Shown here: positions 44,501 to 51,877 of the stretch, one piece after another | Layout of the letters: every line of letters starts with the position of its first letter | Numbering within the stretch: the first letter of the stretch is position 1 | Assembly: GCA_049692255.1 (NCBI GenBank) | Contig: JBAVOR010000016.1 | Coordinates: forward strand, 7,006 to 71,005 | DNA: 64,000 nt | Direction: 5' to 3' | From: Candidatus Babeliales bacterium | GTDB taxonomy: Bacteria; Babelota; Babeliae; Babelales; JACPOV01 | The notes under the pieces: generated by a model | What the model saw: the letters and a program-made list of their open reading frames with translations, nothing else | The model's database searches: none | Told to the model about the DNA's origin: nothing | Program-made: the position numbers and the translations under genes

Positions 44501-47278
44501 GATGATAAATTACAAACAATTACCACCGGCGGCAAGGTGGCGAACTCTGCTACCACCGCAACACCAGCGAATACCGCAAATGCCATTGTATCACGTGACG
44601 CGAGTGGTAATTTTGCTGCTGGTGCAATCACCGCTAACACGTTTACTGCTAACTCAAATCCTGGGTTCTTTGGTAATCTGTCGGGCAACGCATCTACCGC
44701 AACATCTGCCACCACTGCCATTAGCTTTACCGGGCCTTTGCTGGGTGATGTGACTGGTACGCAAAGTGCAACGGTAGTATCAATGGTAGGCGGCCAAACT
44801 GCGGCAGTAGTGGCAGCTGCGGCATCGGCAGTTGCAAATGCATCGAGCGCAAACAATCCGGGCACTCTGGTGCTACGTGACGGCTCTGGTAATTTTGCTG
44901 CAGGTAAGATTACTATTACAGGAGGCACCGCTGCTGCACCATCATTACAGTTTAGCAATGGTACCAACACAGGATTCTCATCGCCTTCAGCCAATACATT
45001 GTCATTTGATGTGAATGGTACACAGGCGTTGGGCATTGCAACGAATACAAACGCAACATTTGCGGGTACTGTTACTGCTTCCTCCGGTTTTTTTGGCCCA
45101 TTAACAGGTAACGTTACGGGTAATATAACTGGTTCAGTGACATTACCTGCAGGCACTGCTGCGGTTCCATCATTGCAGTTTAGTAATGGCACCAACACCG
45201 GTATGTCTTCACCGGTTGCTAACACCTTGTCATTTGATATCAGTGGTGCTGAAGCAATGAATATTAATACAAGTGGTGTGGTCACCATTGATGCATTTAC
45301 TACCGCTGGTGTGGTGCATAACAATGCGAGTGGTAATTTGAGCAGTTCGCTGATTGTTGATGCAGACATTACTACGGGCACTATTACTGATGATAAATTG
45401 CAAACGATTAGTACGGGTGGCAAAGTTGCAAATTCTGCTACCACCGCAACACCAGCAAATACCGCAAATGCCATAGTATCTCGCGATGCGAGTGGTAATT
45501 TTGCTGCTGGTGCAATCACTGCAAACACATTCACTGCCAACTCTAATCCCGGATTTATCGGCAACTTATCGGGCAACGCGTCGACTTCAACATCAGCAAC
45601 CACAGCGGTTAGTTTTACTGGCCCATTGATGGGTGATGTTACTGGTAACCAGACAGCAACCGTGGTATCAACAGTTGGTGGTGCATCAGCAGCTTCAGTA
45701 GCGAGCACGGTTACTACCGTTAACGCAGCAACCAGTTCAAATATTGCAAGCACATTAGTGCTGCGTAACGGCACAGGCGGATTTAGTGCAGGCACTATCA
45801 ATGCAACCAGTTTTGTAGGACCGCTTACCGGTAATGTTACCGGTAACGTTACTGGCAACATTACCGGTTTAGTGACATTGCCAGCAGGCACTGCTGCAGC
45901 GCCATCATTAAACTTTACCGGTAGTTTGACCACTGGTCTTTCTGCCGCAACAGCAAATAGATTATCTTTTGACACGAATGGCACTGAACAGATGGCAATC
46001 GGTGCAACCGGCACTATTACTATGACCAGCTTAGCTGGCACGGCAGGAGTAGTGCACAATGATGCGAGCGGTAATTTAAGCAGTTCTTTAATTGTTAACG
46101 CAGACGTATCTGCAACTGCAGCAATAGTAGACACCAAACTTGGTACCATTCAAACAGCAGGCAAAGTGTTAAACTCTGCCACTACTGCTACCAGTGCCAA
46201 TACTGCAAATGCTATTGTTGCTCGCGATGCGAGTGGCAACTTTAGTGCGGGCACCATTACCGCCAGCTTGATGGGTGCAGTAACATTACCCGCAGGGACT
46301 GCCGCCGTGCCATCATTGCAATTTACGGGAAGTAGCAATACCGGCCTTTCAGCAGCGACGGCAAATAGGTTATCATTTGACACCAGTGGTGCTGAGCGTA
46401 TGAGTATTAGCCCAGTTGGTACCGTGGCGATTAATGGTTTTGTGACTACGGGTGTAGTGCATAACGATGCGAGCGGTAACTTATCAAGTTCTTTAATTGT
46501 TGATGCAGACATTACTACCGGTACTATTACCAATGATAAATTAGTAACTCTTACAGCAACAGGCTTAGTAGCAAACTCTGCGACCACAGCCACCACAGCG
46601 AATACCTTGAGCACGATAGTGCTACGTGATGGAACAACTGGTGGCTTTAGCGCAGGTACCATTACGGCAACATTTTCAGGAAATTTATCTGGTAATGTTA
46701 CCGGCAATCTTACGGGGAATGTGATAGGCTCGGCTTCATTAAACGTGTTAAAAGCAGGTGATACGATGACTGGTACATTAACGTTACCAGCAGGCACTGC
46801 TGCAGCGCCATCATTACAATTTACGGGCAGTACTAATACGGGTATCTCGGCCCCATCAGCTAATACATTGTCATTTGATGTGAATGGTACGCAGGGGCTA
46901 AGTATTACTACAGCGGCTATTATTGATGCGTTGCCATGGTGTAATCAGGCAATAATGAGCGCAACACCAACAACGGGCAGTACTATTACGACCACTGCTA
47001 CTACTTCAATTTTATTGCTCAAAAATACAACAAACGTTACTGGTGTGACTATTGATTTCCCACCTAATCCAACGAATGGTCAGATGTTTACCATTATGTT
47101 AGGCACGACCAGCACTATTACTATGACCAACGCAGGGGGTACGGGCGGTGCAACTATTGTTAATGGCGTTACTGGTTTAAATGCTACTGCTACACCGACT
47201 GCCACAGCAAACGGCGCAGCGGTTGCCTACTTGTATAGCTCAACTTCAAATGCATGGTATCGCATGTGGCGTGGATAA
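35597..47278 (+). CDS. Giant (~3,890 aa) secreted fibrous protein: 3 pectate-lyase-like beta-helix modules plus ~15 phage-tail-fibre-like repeats
   Basis: Single uninterrupted ORF. Start at signal peptide 'MYGLTIFLAMLFSSFASLDA' (the ORF is open from 35522). Each beta-helix module begins 'SGDTMTGPL...RTIYVS.DGSDSNDGS.S.PF.T.AHA...NPVV.QVGAG.F.ENNSGGA..ITADGIT'. About 15 repeats of '...NT...LV.RD.SGNFSAG.ITA' and 'LPAGTAAAPSL.F.G...TG.S...ANTLSFD.NG.E.M'. Confidence 0.85.
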   Translation: MYGLTIFLAMLFSSFASLDATLQTRRFHNILVGNNTTTNYLNVLRQVFIDGDLFVKGTINGSGGNSGFIQAVPGATINAVPRFANANGSQLANSSVLIDNAGNVTLNGITKNGITVAWPSTAGAAGTFLANDGAGNLVYATPAGAGNVSTALNFTTNNALTRVDLPSGVNNIQQSVVTLDNSGNIAGVNQLVAGTFFGSLQGNAASATNFTGSLAGDVSGTQTATVVNSVGGQSAAAVANAAFAVTNATPNSVPNTLVERDASRNFSAGTITASLMGAASLNVLKSGDTMTGPLVMGTQTAVRLQDAGGTNYVGLNAPSSVTSSYTMSMPGTAPVSGQFLQASAANALQWADIGGLPSTGRTIYVSKDGSDSNDGSLSAPFLTVAHALLVANTLSTISNPVVVQVGAGAFIENNSGGALAITADGITLKGGSNQATIIAPTTLSINLFNVTTPNVLFRDINLNAGVSGSTAAAININVGVTGFGGGCTNVNIAQFQTGIALNNSNSTPPIFVINSVNAQGNGTAVAVSNYRLIMQSSSILGPYLSSIIQNTGISLTGINTLATIDSCVFRLLLNGITVAGGAPLRITGSQFINMQNGIVCSGGGNADVVGCNFLVNTTSSINVSASGAGTTVIIDGAIFNCVDATNTPQGTAVQVTTGGSLTVNSSTISGAALGMQAGAAGDTSTTTLLSVGTDIIGCTADFTQAGTSTFRFVGGVFDSNLVTIANGTNVHLSLFDRTSGEALTIGNSTDTSQVLYRAFNGEASLPFTSYEPNYYGSKGLLFQNPNADATFSGVQAASNDANYYVVTGSNTNQAGINLISDTLNIGTSDFVRGWNISKLGTSGNLTFNYSNNDTGGQAARGSNPVMQLDGFNNQVLFPAAINSPLPTNTVAKLVWNGDTDLYRGAAGTLQTDGNLIVGGLTPNTAVTTNGSDQLTSSVTTATELGYVSGVTSAIQPQINNKVSKTGDTMTGPLIMATQTPIRFQDAGGVNYAALNAPTAVSSSYTVSLPTAAPAAAQFLQAATPTTLQWASIGGVPNVSRTIYVAQGGNDSNDGSLSAPFATIAHAVAVANTLSTLTNPVVVQVGAGTFIENNSGGAIAITADGITINGSSITGTIVVPNTISNALFNVTTPNVLFSNIYLDAGTTGSTAAGINVNTSTTGEGGCHDIVLSRFQTGLAINNSNVSSSPIFIISSIETQGNSTAIAVNNYRAIIQGSSFLGPFVAGAIANTGIALTGTQTLATLLANSFRLLSTGITITGGADMRITGSNFDNMQNGVSCSGGSNAEIVGCNFIINEASSVNISAAGAGTNVIVNGCIIDCADVTDAQQGTAVQSTTGAILVVGASNISAAAVGIQCGTTGDTSSTIVAVFSTNLVGCINDITQVATANLQFVGGVFDSNLLSIANSANVTISAFDRFSNNALTIGNKTDVSQPLYKVLNGEASLPFTSYEPNYYGNKGLLYQNPNADATFNGVQAASNDANYYVITGSNTNQAGINLISDTLNIGTSDFVRGWNISKLGTSGNLTFNYSNNDTGGQAARGSNPVMQLDGFNNQVLFPAAINSPLPTNTVAKLVWNGDTDLYRGAAGTLQTDGNLIVGGLTPNTAVTTNGSDQLTSSVTTATEIGFVSGVTSAIQTQLNSKFPASGGTLTGPLTLPAGTAAAPSLNFAGSTTTGLSAATANTLSFDTNGVERMKIGATGTIAIDGFTTAGVVHNDASGNLSSSLIVDADITTGTITDDKLQTITTGGKVANSATTATSANTLSTIVLRDGTTGGFSAGAISATSVTASANPGFFGNLSGNATSATTAASATSFTGPLLGDVTGTQSATVVSTVGGATAAAVATAANAVANATNLATPSTLVLRDSSGNFSGGTITATTGFSGNLTGNVTGNATTATSANTAGSATNFTGSLSGDVTGTQGATVVSFVGGKSAASVANTVTTVNAATSNNTPNTLVLRDGSGNFTTNQITIAGSVTNPTDTATKAYVDSVAATGLEVHTPAVVVSTTNVALSGLQTIDGITLVAGNRVLLVGQTSQVQNGLWVAASGSWTRPTDFATGTEAGQAYVLILEGTNFGGSSWVCTTSTAIIDTDPITFVEFSLPSQTTGANLGSGTGIFANKTGQTLNFKSLLEGTHVVITNDANTVTLATDATSADTISTIVARDGSGNFSAGTITASLIGAASLNVLKAGDTMTGPLVMATQTPIRFQDAGGTNYAALQAPAAVSSSYAVALPTAAPNAGQYLQALSSTSLQWASVGGTPNVSRTIYVSQDGSDSNNGSFSSPFLTIAHAVSVANSLSTLTNPVVIQVGAGVFVEDNSGGAITITADGITLNGASTIGTIVVPNTLSNTLFNVTSPNVLFSNIYLDAGTTGSTAAGVTINTSITGDGGFLNVVLSRFQTGLSINNSNISSTPIFIADGIETQGNGTAIAVTNYRVIIQCSSFLGPFGNAGSIQNTGIALTGSSTLATMLACSFRLLNTGISVTGGAAMRTTGNNFDNMQNGIVCSGGGDANIVGCNFLVNESSSVNVSVAGVGTEAIVSSCIFDCPDATDTPQGTVVQATTGASLTVNSSTITGAVVGIQCGTTGDTSSTVVTIDSTDLQECTNDIMQVGTSTLRFVGGVFDTNAISIADGTNVHISAFDRTSGEALTIGNNTDASQMVYRVLNGQAALPFVSYEPNYYGNKGLLYENANADATFNGVQAASNDVSYYLVTGNNTNQASINLISDTVNFGTSDSVRGWNISKLGTSANLTFNYSNNDTSGQAARGNNPVMQLDGFNNQVLFPAATNTPLPTNTVAKLVWAGDTNLYRTAANTLQTDGNFIIGGNLTVDALTSGAVNPNTAIVTNGTNQLLSSVTTATEIGFVSGVTSSIQTQLNSKFPASGGTLTGPLTLPAGTAAAPSLNFTGSTTTGLSAATANTLSFDTNGVEAMNINASGVVSIDAFTTAGVVHNNASGNLSSSLIVDADITTGTITDDKLQTITTGGKVANSATTATPANTANAIVSRDASGNFAAGAITANTFTANSNPGFFGNLSGNASTATSATTAISFTGPLLGDVTGTQSATVVSMVGGQTAAVVAAAASAVANASSANNPGTLVLRDGSGNFAAGKITITGGTAAAPSLQFSNGTNTGFSSPSANTLSFDVNGTQALGIATNTNATFAGTVTASSGFFGPLTGNVTGNITGSVTLPAGTAAVPSLQFSNGTNTGMSSPVANTLSFDISGAEAMNINTSGVVTIDAFTTAGVVHNNASGNLSSSLIVDADITTGTITDDKLQTISTGGKVANSATTATPANTANAIVSRDASGNFAAGAITANTFTANSNPGFIGNLSGNASTSTSATTAVSFTGPLMGDVTGNQTATVVSTVGGASAASVASTVTTVNAATSSNIASTLVLRNGTGGFSAGTINATSFVGPLTGNVTGNVTGNITGLVTLPAGTAAAPSLNFTGSLTTGLSAATANRLSFDTNGTEQMAIGATGTITMTSLAGTAGVVHNDASGNLSSSLIVNADVSATAAIVDTKLGTIQTAGKVLNSATTATSANTANAIVARDASGNFSAGTITASLMGAVTLPAGTAAVPSLQFTGSSNTGLSAATANRLSFDTSGAERMSISPVGTVAINGFVTTGVVHNDASGNLSSSLIVDADITTGTITNDKLVTLTATGLVANSATTATTANTLSTIVLRDGTTGGFSAGTITATFSGNLSGNVTGNLTGNVIGSASLNVLKAGDTMTGTLTLPAGTAAAPSLQFTGSTNTGISAPSANTLSFDVNGTQGLSITTAAIIDALPWCNQAIMSATPTTGSTITTTATTSILLLKNTTNVTGVTIDFPPNPTNGQMFTIMLGTTSTITMTNAGGTGGATIVNGVTGLNATATPTATANGAAVAYLYSSTSNAWYRMWRG
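36452..38489 (+). repeat. Beta-helix module copy 1 (intragenic ~2.04 kb tandem unit)
   Basis: Starts 'agtggcgataccatgacaggccc'. Its 3' part (38100-38440) is more than 95% identical to 40140-40480. Confidence 0.7.
38490..40440 (+). repeat. Beta-helix module copy 2
   Basis: Starts 'acgggtgacacgatgaccgggcc'. Protein-level co-linear with copies 1 and 3. Confidence 0.7.
40441..42153 (+). repeat. Tail-fibre-like repeat array 1
   Basis: 'EIGFVSGVTSAIQTQLNSKFPASGGTLTGPLTLPAGTAAAPSL...'. 40461-40665 is about 95% identical to 44161-44365. Confidence 0.65.
42154..44150 (+). repeat. Beta-helix module copy 3
   Basis: Starts 'gcgggtgataccatgacagggcc'. The flanking 'gcatcattaaacgt.ttaaaag' is shared with copy 1. 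Confidence 0.7.
44151..46790 (+). repeat. Tail-fibre-like repeat array 2 (about 6 units of irregular length)
   Basis: 'LPAGTAA(A/V)PSL' recurs at about 44257, 45143, 45880, 46285 and 46783. 'VHN(D/N)ASGNLSSSLIVDADITTGTITDDKL' recurs four times. Confidence 0.65.
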
Positions 47279-47396
47279 CAATAGTATTTATTCTCTTTCG
47301 ACCAAAAAGATGCAAGTATGCTGCTTATCATTGCAAGCTATAGGCAGTATACTTGTTTACATACGTAATCATGATGCAATCAGGGGGATACGAACC

Positions 47397-47816
47397 ATGG
47401 AACAAAGAAATATCTTTATCAACACGCCGGCAGGCATATTAAAAAGCGTGATAACACCGCAAGGAATCACCAGTACACTGTTTGTTGACGCATTGCCAAA
47501 GGGCGCATCAATACAGGAACATCCTGAGTCTTTACGTTTTGCGCTTACCGGCACTCCACTGCAAGTAAAAGTGTGGCATGCACTTCAAGCTATCCCGGTT
47601 GGCAAAACAGTGTCATATCAAGAACTGGCAATTATATGTGGGTATCCGCGTGCATGGCGTGCAGTTGCCAATGCCGTAGGGAAAAACCCTATCTCCTATT
47701 TTATTCCGTGCCATCGAGTGATACGCAAAGATGGAACGCTTGGCGGTTACGCCTGGGGCCTCGAGCGCAAACGATTGCTTTTGCACGCAGAGAAAATAAC
47801 AGATAAAAAAAGTTAA
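47397..47816 (+). CDS. ogt: Methylated-DNA--protein-cysteine methyltransferase
   Basis: Active-site 'IPCHRVI'. HTH 'VSYQELA'. Start chosen at 'MEQRNIF' (the ORF is open from 47181 but overlaps the giant gene). Confidence 0.75.
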   Translation: MEQRNIFINTPAGILKSVITPQGITSTLFVDALPKGASIQEHPESLRFALTGTPLQVKVWHALQAIPVGKTVSYQELAIICGYPRAWRAVANAVGKNPISYFIPCHRVIRKDGTLGGYAWGLERKRLLLHAEKITDKKS

Positions 47817-47985
47817 TGGAGTTTTGGTAGCGGCTTTTACTTGCTATGCAATGAGGGTTGCGGTAATCGTTTATGCAAAACAGTTGCATTTACTAGTTTT
47901 AATCCGCTAGTTTTTTTCTTACAATACTTCCATACAAGTACGATAAGAAATAATCGAAACACTTTTTATAAGGAGTCTATTACCC

Positions 47986-48192
47986 ATGGCGTTTAGTGTT
48001 AAATCTAAAAAAAGCGGTAAAACGTATTATCTGCACACCAAAGAAGTAAAGCTCGCTGCAGGGCGTTTGCAAAAGATCTTCTATTTTGCTGGCGAAGCGG
48101 CAAAGAACGCAATTGATGCGTTACCAGCTGGCTACGAAGTAATGGAAAATGAACGCACCGGTTTGCCAATGCTGCGTAAAAAGAAAAAATAA
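47986..48192 (+). CDS. Small basic hypothetical protein (68 aa)
   Basis: AAGGAG Shine-Dalgarno 8 nt upstream. Strong terminator immediately downstream. Confidence 0.5.
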   Translation: MAFSVKSKKSGKTYYLHTKEVKLAAGRLQKIFYFAGEAAKNAIDALPAGYEVMENERTGLPMLRKKKK

Positions 48193-48212
48193 ACGCACGC
48201 ATAGTTTTGAAA

Positions 48213-48253
48213 ATAAAAAAAGCCCCAGGTTTTTATGCCTGGGGCTTTTTTTA
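48213..48253. terminator. Bidirectional rho-independent terminator
   Basis: 'aaaaaaagccccagg-tttttat-gcctggggcttttttt'. Perfect 8 bp GC-rich stem flanked by A7 and T7. Sits between convergent genes. Confidence 0.85.
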
Positions 48254-48266
48254 TTTTGGGTTACTT

Positions 48267-49931
48267 TTATCGATGCATTGGTCGTTTGGTGTCTTTAACG
48301 ATATATGCTTTTACCCGTTTGTGTGTAATTGGGTTTGTTTGAATAGTCTGCAAACATTCGCGTAAACGGTTTTCTGTTAAAGAAATAAACGTTTTTTTCT
48401 TAATAACGCGTACTTTTAAGATTTCGTTGCCCGCTACATTACAAATGTCTGCCAAGTAGTTGCGCACCATTTTTTCATTGCACTTATTGTCAGTCCCCAC
48501 TTCTACACAGATTTCATCAATGGTTTCTTCATCATTGCCACGGTCATATGCACGATCGCTTACGCGATTGCTACTGATTGGAGAAATCTCTTCATGTGCT
48601 ATATCTTTAAAAAATATTGTTTCCAATGCTACAGCAAACGCTTGCTGTATTTCTGCTGGCGTAAACGAACTTATCGTTTCTTTCAACGAAGCATGGATGC
48701 TTGAGAGCTTTTCGAGTGGCTTTTTTGATTGTTCAATAAAGTCAGAAATAGCAACCATTTTTATTTGCATAACTGCTTCGATTGAAGGGATGGAAATTTC
48801 TTGTAATTTGGTATTAGCTGAACGTTCAAGGCGCTTGATGCGATATTGTTCGTTCGGTTGTACAAATACGATCGCAATACCTTCTTTACCCGCACGGCCT
48901 GTACGTCCAATACGGTGTACGTAGTTTTCAAATTCGTTGGGGATAGAGAAGTTAATTACGTGGGTTAAATCGGACACGTCAATACCACGTGCAGCAACGT
49001 CGGTAGCAACAAGGATATTAAAATCTTTATTTTTAAATCCTTTGATCACTTGGTTACGCACTGTTTGTTTCATGTCACCATGCAAGCAATTTACTTTGAA
49101 TCCTTTGCTTGCTAGCTGTTCCATCACTTCACTTGCCAACAACTTTGTTTGGCAGAAAATGATACCATAAAAGTTAGGGGTTGCTTCGATAAAGCGTGCC
49201 GTTGCGTCAACGCGCTTGCGCATAGGAACAACGCAATAATATTGCTCAACTTGTGAGCTGACTAACCCCGGCGTTGCCGCTTTAATAACCGATACATTCG
49301 CCATATGTGACTTAATAATCTCTTTAATACCCGGGCGTACCGTCGCAGAGAATAACCAAATTTGCCTATTTTTTGGGGCGAATTGTAAAATTTCATCAAT
49401 CTCCTCTTTGAAGCCCATATCGAGCATAATGTCTGCTTCATCGAGTACTAATACCGATAACGCACTGAGTGAGAGTGTTTTGCGGCGCAAATGGTCATTT
49501 AAACGCCCTGGCGTACCAATAATAATCTGTGCGCCTCGTTTAATGTTAGTAATCTGCTGGTTGATAGGCATGCCACCGTAAATAGGTTCTATAGCAATGC
49601 CAGTGTGCGCGCTGACCGCTTTTAAGCTTTCATAAATTTGAAGCACGAGTTCGCGGGTTGGTGCAACTACTAAGCCTTGTACAATGCGTTTGTTGATATC
49701 AATAGCATGAAGCAAAGGGATGCCAAATGCTAATGTTTTGCCCGTACCTGTTTGCGCTTGTGCGTGCACGTCTTGCTTAAGGTTTTCGAGCAATAATGAT
49801 ATTGCTTTGGTTTGAATTTCAGTGGGCTGTTGAAAGCCAAGTGTTTGTAAGTTTTTTTGGATTTCCGGAGAAATCGGGAGTGTAGTAAACGAGTTCATTA
49901 GATAGGTACCTTTCATTTTGTGCCTAAACAT
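48267..49931 (-). CDS. DEAD-box ATP-dependent RNA helicase with C-terminal RNA-binding extension
   Basis: Q-motif. 'AQTGTGKTLAF', 'DEAD', 'SAT' and 'HRIGRTGRAG' motifs. Alternative start 'MNSFTTLP' near 49898. Confidence 0.85.
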   Translation of the reverse strand: MFRHKMKGTYLMNSFTTLPISPEIQKNLQTLGFQQPTEIQTKAISLLLENLKQDVHAQAQTGTGKTLAFGIPLLHAIDINKRIVQGLVVAPTRELVLQIYESLKAVSAHTGIAIEPIYGGMPINQQITNIKRGAQIIIGTPGRLNDHLRRKTLSLSALSVLVLDEADIMLDMGFKEEIDEILQFAPKNRQIWLFSATVRPGIKEIIKSHMANVSVIKAATPGLVSSQVEQYYCVVPMRKRVDATARFIEATPNFYGIIFCQTKLLASEVMEQLASKGFKVNCLHGDMKQTVRNQVIKGFKNKDFNILVATDVAARGIDVSDLTHVINFSIPNEFENYVHRIGRTGRAGKEGIAIVFVQPNEQYRIKRLERSANTKLQEISIPSIEAVMQIKMVAISDFIEQSKKPLEKLSSIHASLKETISSFTPAEIQQAFAVALETIFFKDIAHEEISPISSNRVSDRAYDRGNDEETIDEICVEVGTDNKCNEKMVRNYLADICNVAGNEILKVRVIKKKTFISLTENRLRECLQTIQTNPITHKRVKAYIVKDTKRPMHR

Positions 49932-50163
49932 TCATTTATAGCACAAGATGCCAATACCAGAATCCATGCGCCGATATATCTCCATATGCTATTTGTATAT
50001 CATAGTATCATATTTTTACGCACCTGCATACCCCCGGCGAATATTTGGGTATTTAGGCAAATAATTCAAATTGAAAACTTTCTAGGCGCTCGCTTATTTG
50101 CGGCACAAATTACCGCAACAGTGTGTTACCAATATTTTTGTATGTTTATTTATGAAGTTATTT

Positions 50164-50200
50164 TTAATCCCCGATCTTTTTAAAACCGGGGATTATTTTT
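50164..50200 (+). terminator. Orphan rho-independent terminator-like hairpin in a 530 nt AT-rich intergenic region
   Basis: 'taatccccg-atctttttaaaa-ccggggatta' followed by 'ttttt'. No annotated plus-strand gene upstream. Confidence 0.4.
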
Positions 50201-50460
50201 GTATCAATGTTAGGCGTCATCAAAACCAATTGCGAAATATTTTTTCTAAATACTGCAATTCTTTTTGGCCCCATTCCGTATGCTTCAAAACAAGTTGATA
50301 TGTAAGCCAAAAAAGAAATTGACCAAGCATAATATGAGTCATCTCACTCATTATCTACTCCCATCTTTCTAAAAATCCATTTCTTTGAAGGGATTCCTAA
50401 AAAATAAAGGGTTAGAGTGAGTAAATATACTTCGTACCAATACCACATATTTTACGGTTC

Positions 50461-50982
50461 CTATACAGGTCCAGTTTCAACGGCGAGAACTATGCCACCC
50501 GCAATACCCATCGCATTACTCAATAATTCAATCGAAGGACCAGCATAACTAGCAAGGGTTGCTTGTACTATCATCTGGCTACCAGGTACAAAAAAGTTAG
50601 CAGCGAATGATACGCCTAATATAGCCCCTTGTGCAGCCAAATGAGTAGCAGCTTTAGACCAGACAAATCCTAAATAAGCGCCATTAGCGCCACCACCATT
50701 TAATCTTCCATGGGCCTTAAGCGTATATTCGCCATTGCTCATTTTGCTAGCAGTAATGTAACCATATGTGGCAAATTGATTGAGATTTGATTTGTTCATG
50801 TTACGCAATTGTGCATCCATGTTCCAGTTATGCACTTTTCGTGTTATTTCATCGTTGACAACGTAGAAATTGTCTTTGTGATGAATAAGTTGTGCATTAT
50901 CAAGACCATATACGGTTAGTTCTTGTGCGCGCACGCCACATGAAATTAACAAGATGGCTAATAGACGTTTAGTAATTGACAT
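50461..50982 (-). CDS. Secreted hypothetical protein
   Basis: Signal peptide 'LLAILLISCGVRAQE'. Gly/Ala-rich C-terminal half. 173 aa. Confidence 0.45.
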   Translation of the reverse strand: MSITKRLLAILLISCGVRAQELTVYGLDNAQLIHHKDNFYVVNDEITRKVHNWNMDAQLRNMNKSNLNQFATYGYITASKMSNGEYTLKAHGRLNGGGANGAYLGFVWSKAATHLAAQGAILGVSFAANFFVPGSQMIVQATLASYAGPSIELLSNAMGIAGGIVLAVETGPV

Positions 50983-51379
50983 AAGAGTCCTTCTTAGCTG
51001 TATTAAACTATTTAAAAATTACTTCACCGCTAGCCTTTTTTTGAAAAAAACAAAAAGCGATTAAGATGCTTACTGTATCATGCAGCCTCCTTTGGAAAAA
51101 TATAAAATAATAAAAATGATAAAAGATTGTAGATGATATGGAAAATATTGGCAAGTTATTTTATCAATTATTATGTTTCAATCGCGTTTTTAATGGGTAT
51201 ACAAATGTAGAAAAAATGGCTTAGCTAAGACACATTTTAAACTTTATTTCAACAAATTTTATGACATATTTTTTTATATTTTTAATGCACTAAAAACATA
51301 ACGTTGACTGCACAATTGCTACGCAATAGCGTATATTTTTAGATTAGAGCAAGACAAAAAGTGGGACGAATCAATAGCA

Positions 51380-51868
51380 TTGATGCAAGGGGTGATTAAG
51401 CACAATCCCCATGATAAAGATGCGTATATGTGTATGAACTATCTTCTTATGAATCTTTTGGCAGAAGAAGAATATGATGTGCAAAAAGAAAAGTATTATG
51501 AAATGTTAGCAAAATGGTATTTTGATGAATCATATACGCAGTTTTCTAATGATGCAGAATATTTATATATTACTGGTAAGACAGCAGTGATGGGAGAATG
51601 GTTTTTTGGTATCACTGCGCAAGATTATGAGGCGATGATAGAAAAAGCTAAACGATTAGAACCGCAGAATGTCGTATATAAAGAAGATTATTATTGGGAC
51701 CTTTACGATAAAAATTCGTGCGACCCAGAGCTTGTTGCTTATGCGCGATTGTTATTGAGTGCAGCTTCTCCGGCCAGACAGCAATTAACAAGTAAAGGTG
51801 CGGTGGGCGAATATTTGCTTGAATTGAAAGAGAACTGGTGTAGGGCAGTTTTAGCAAATATGCAATGA
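51380..51868 (+). CDS. Hypothetical protein
   Basis: 162 aa ORF. Preceded by a 400 nt AT-rich gap. Confidence 0.35.
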   Translation: MMQGVIKHNPHDKDAYMCMNYLLMNLLAEEEYDVQKEKYYEMLAKWYFDESYTQFSNDAEYLYITGKTAVMGEWFFGITAQDYEAMIEKAKRLEPQNVVYKEDYYWDLYDKNSCDPELVAYARLLLSAASPARQQLTSKGAVGEYLLELKENWCRAVLANMQ

Positions 51869-51877
51869 CGCTGATAC

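Noticed and set aside
36685-46797. Long minus-strand ORFs inside the giant gene (e.g. 40429..41442, 44128..46149, 46150..46797)
   Set aside because: They are antisense to a continuous 11.7 kb coding frame. Their Ala/Val/Pro-rich translations are the mirror of the Thr/Gly/Asn-rich sense codons, and they have no starts with ribosome-binding sites. They are repeat-driven open-frame artefacts.
47181-47396. Upstream extension of the ogt ORF overlapping the giant gene's 3' end
   Set aside because: The Ogt family length (~140-170 aa) and the overlap with the giant gene's terminal codons favour the internal start at 47397.
49920-50183. ORF 49920..50183 (87 aa) in the AT-rich gap
   Set aside because: It overlaps the DEAD-box helicase start codon region. 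It has no ribosome-binding site and a low-complexity hydrophobic translation. It is more likely non-coding, possibly transcribed as an sRNA ending at the 50164 hairpin.
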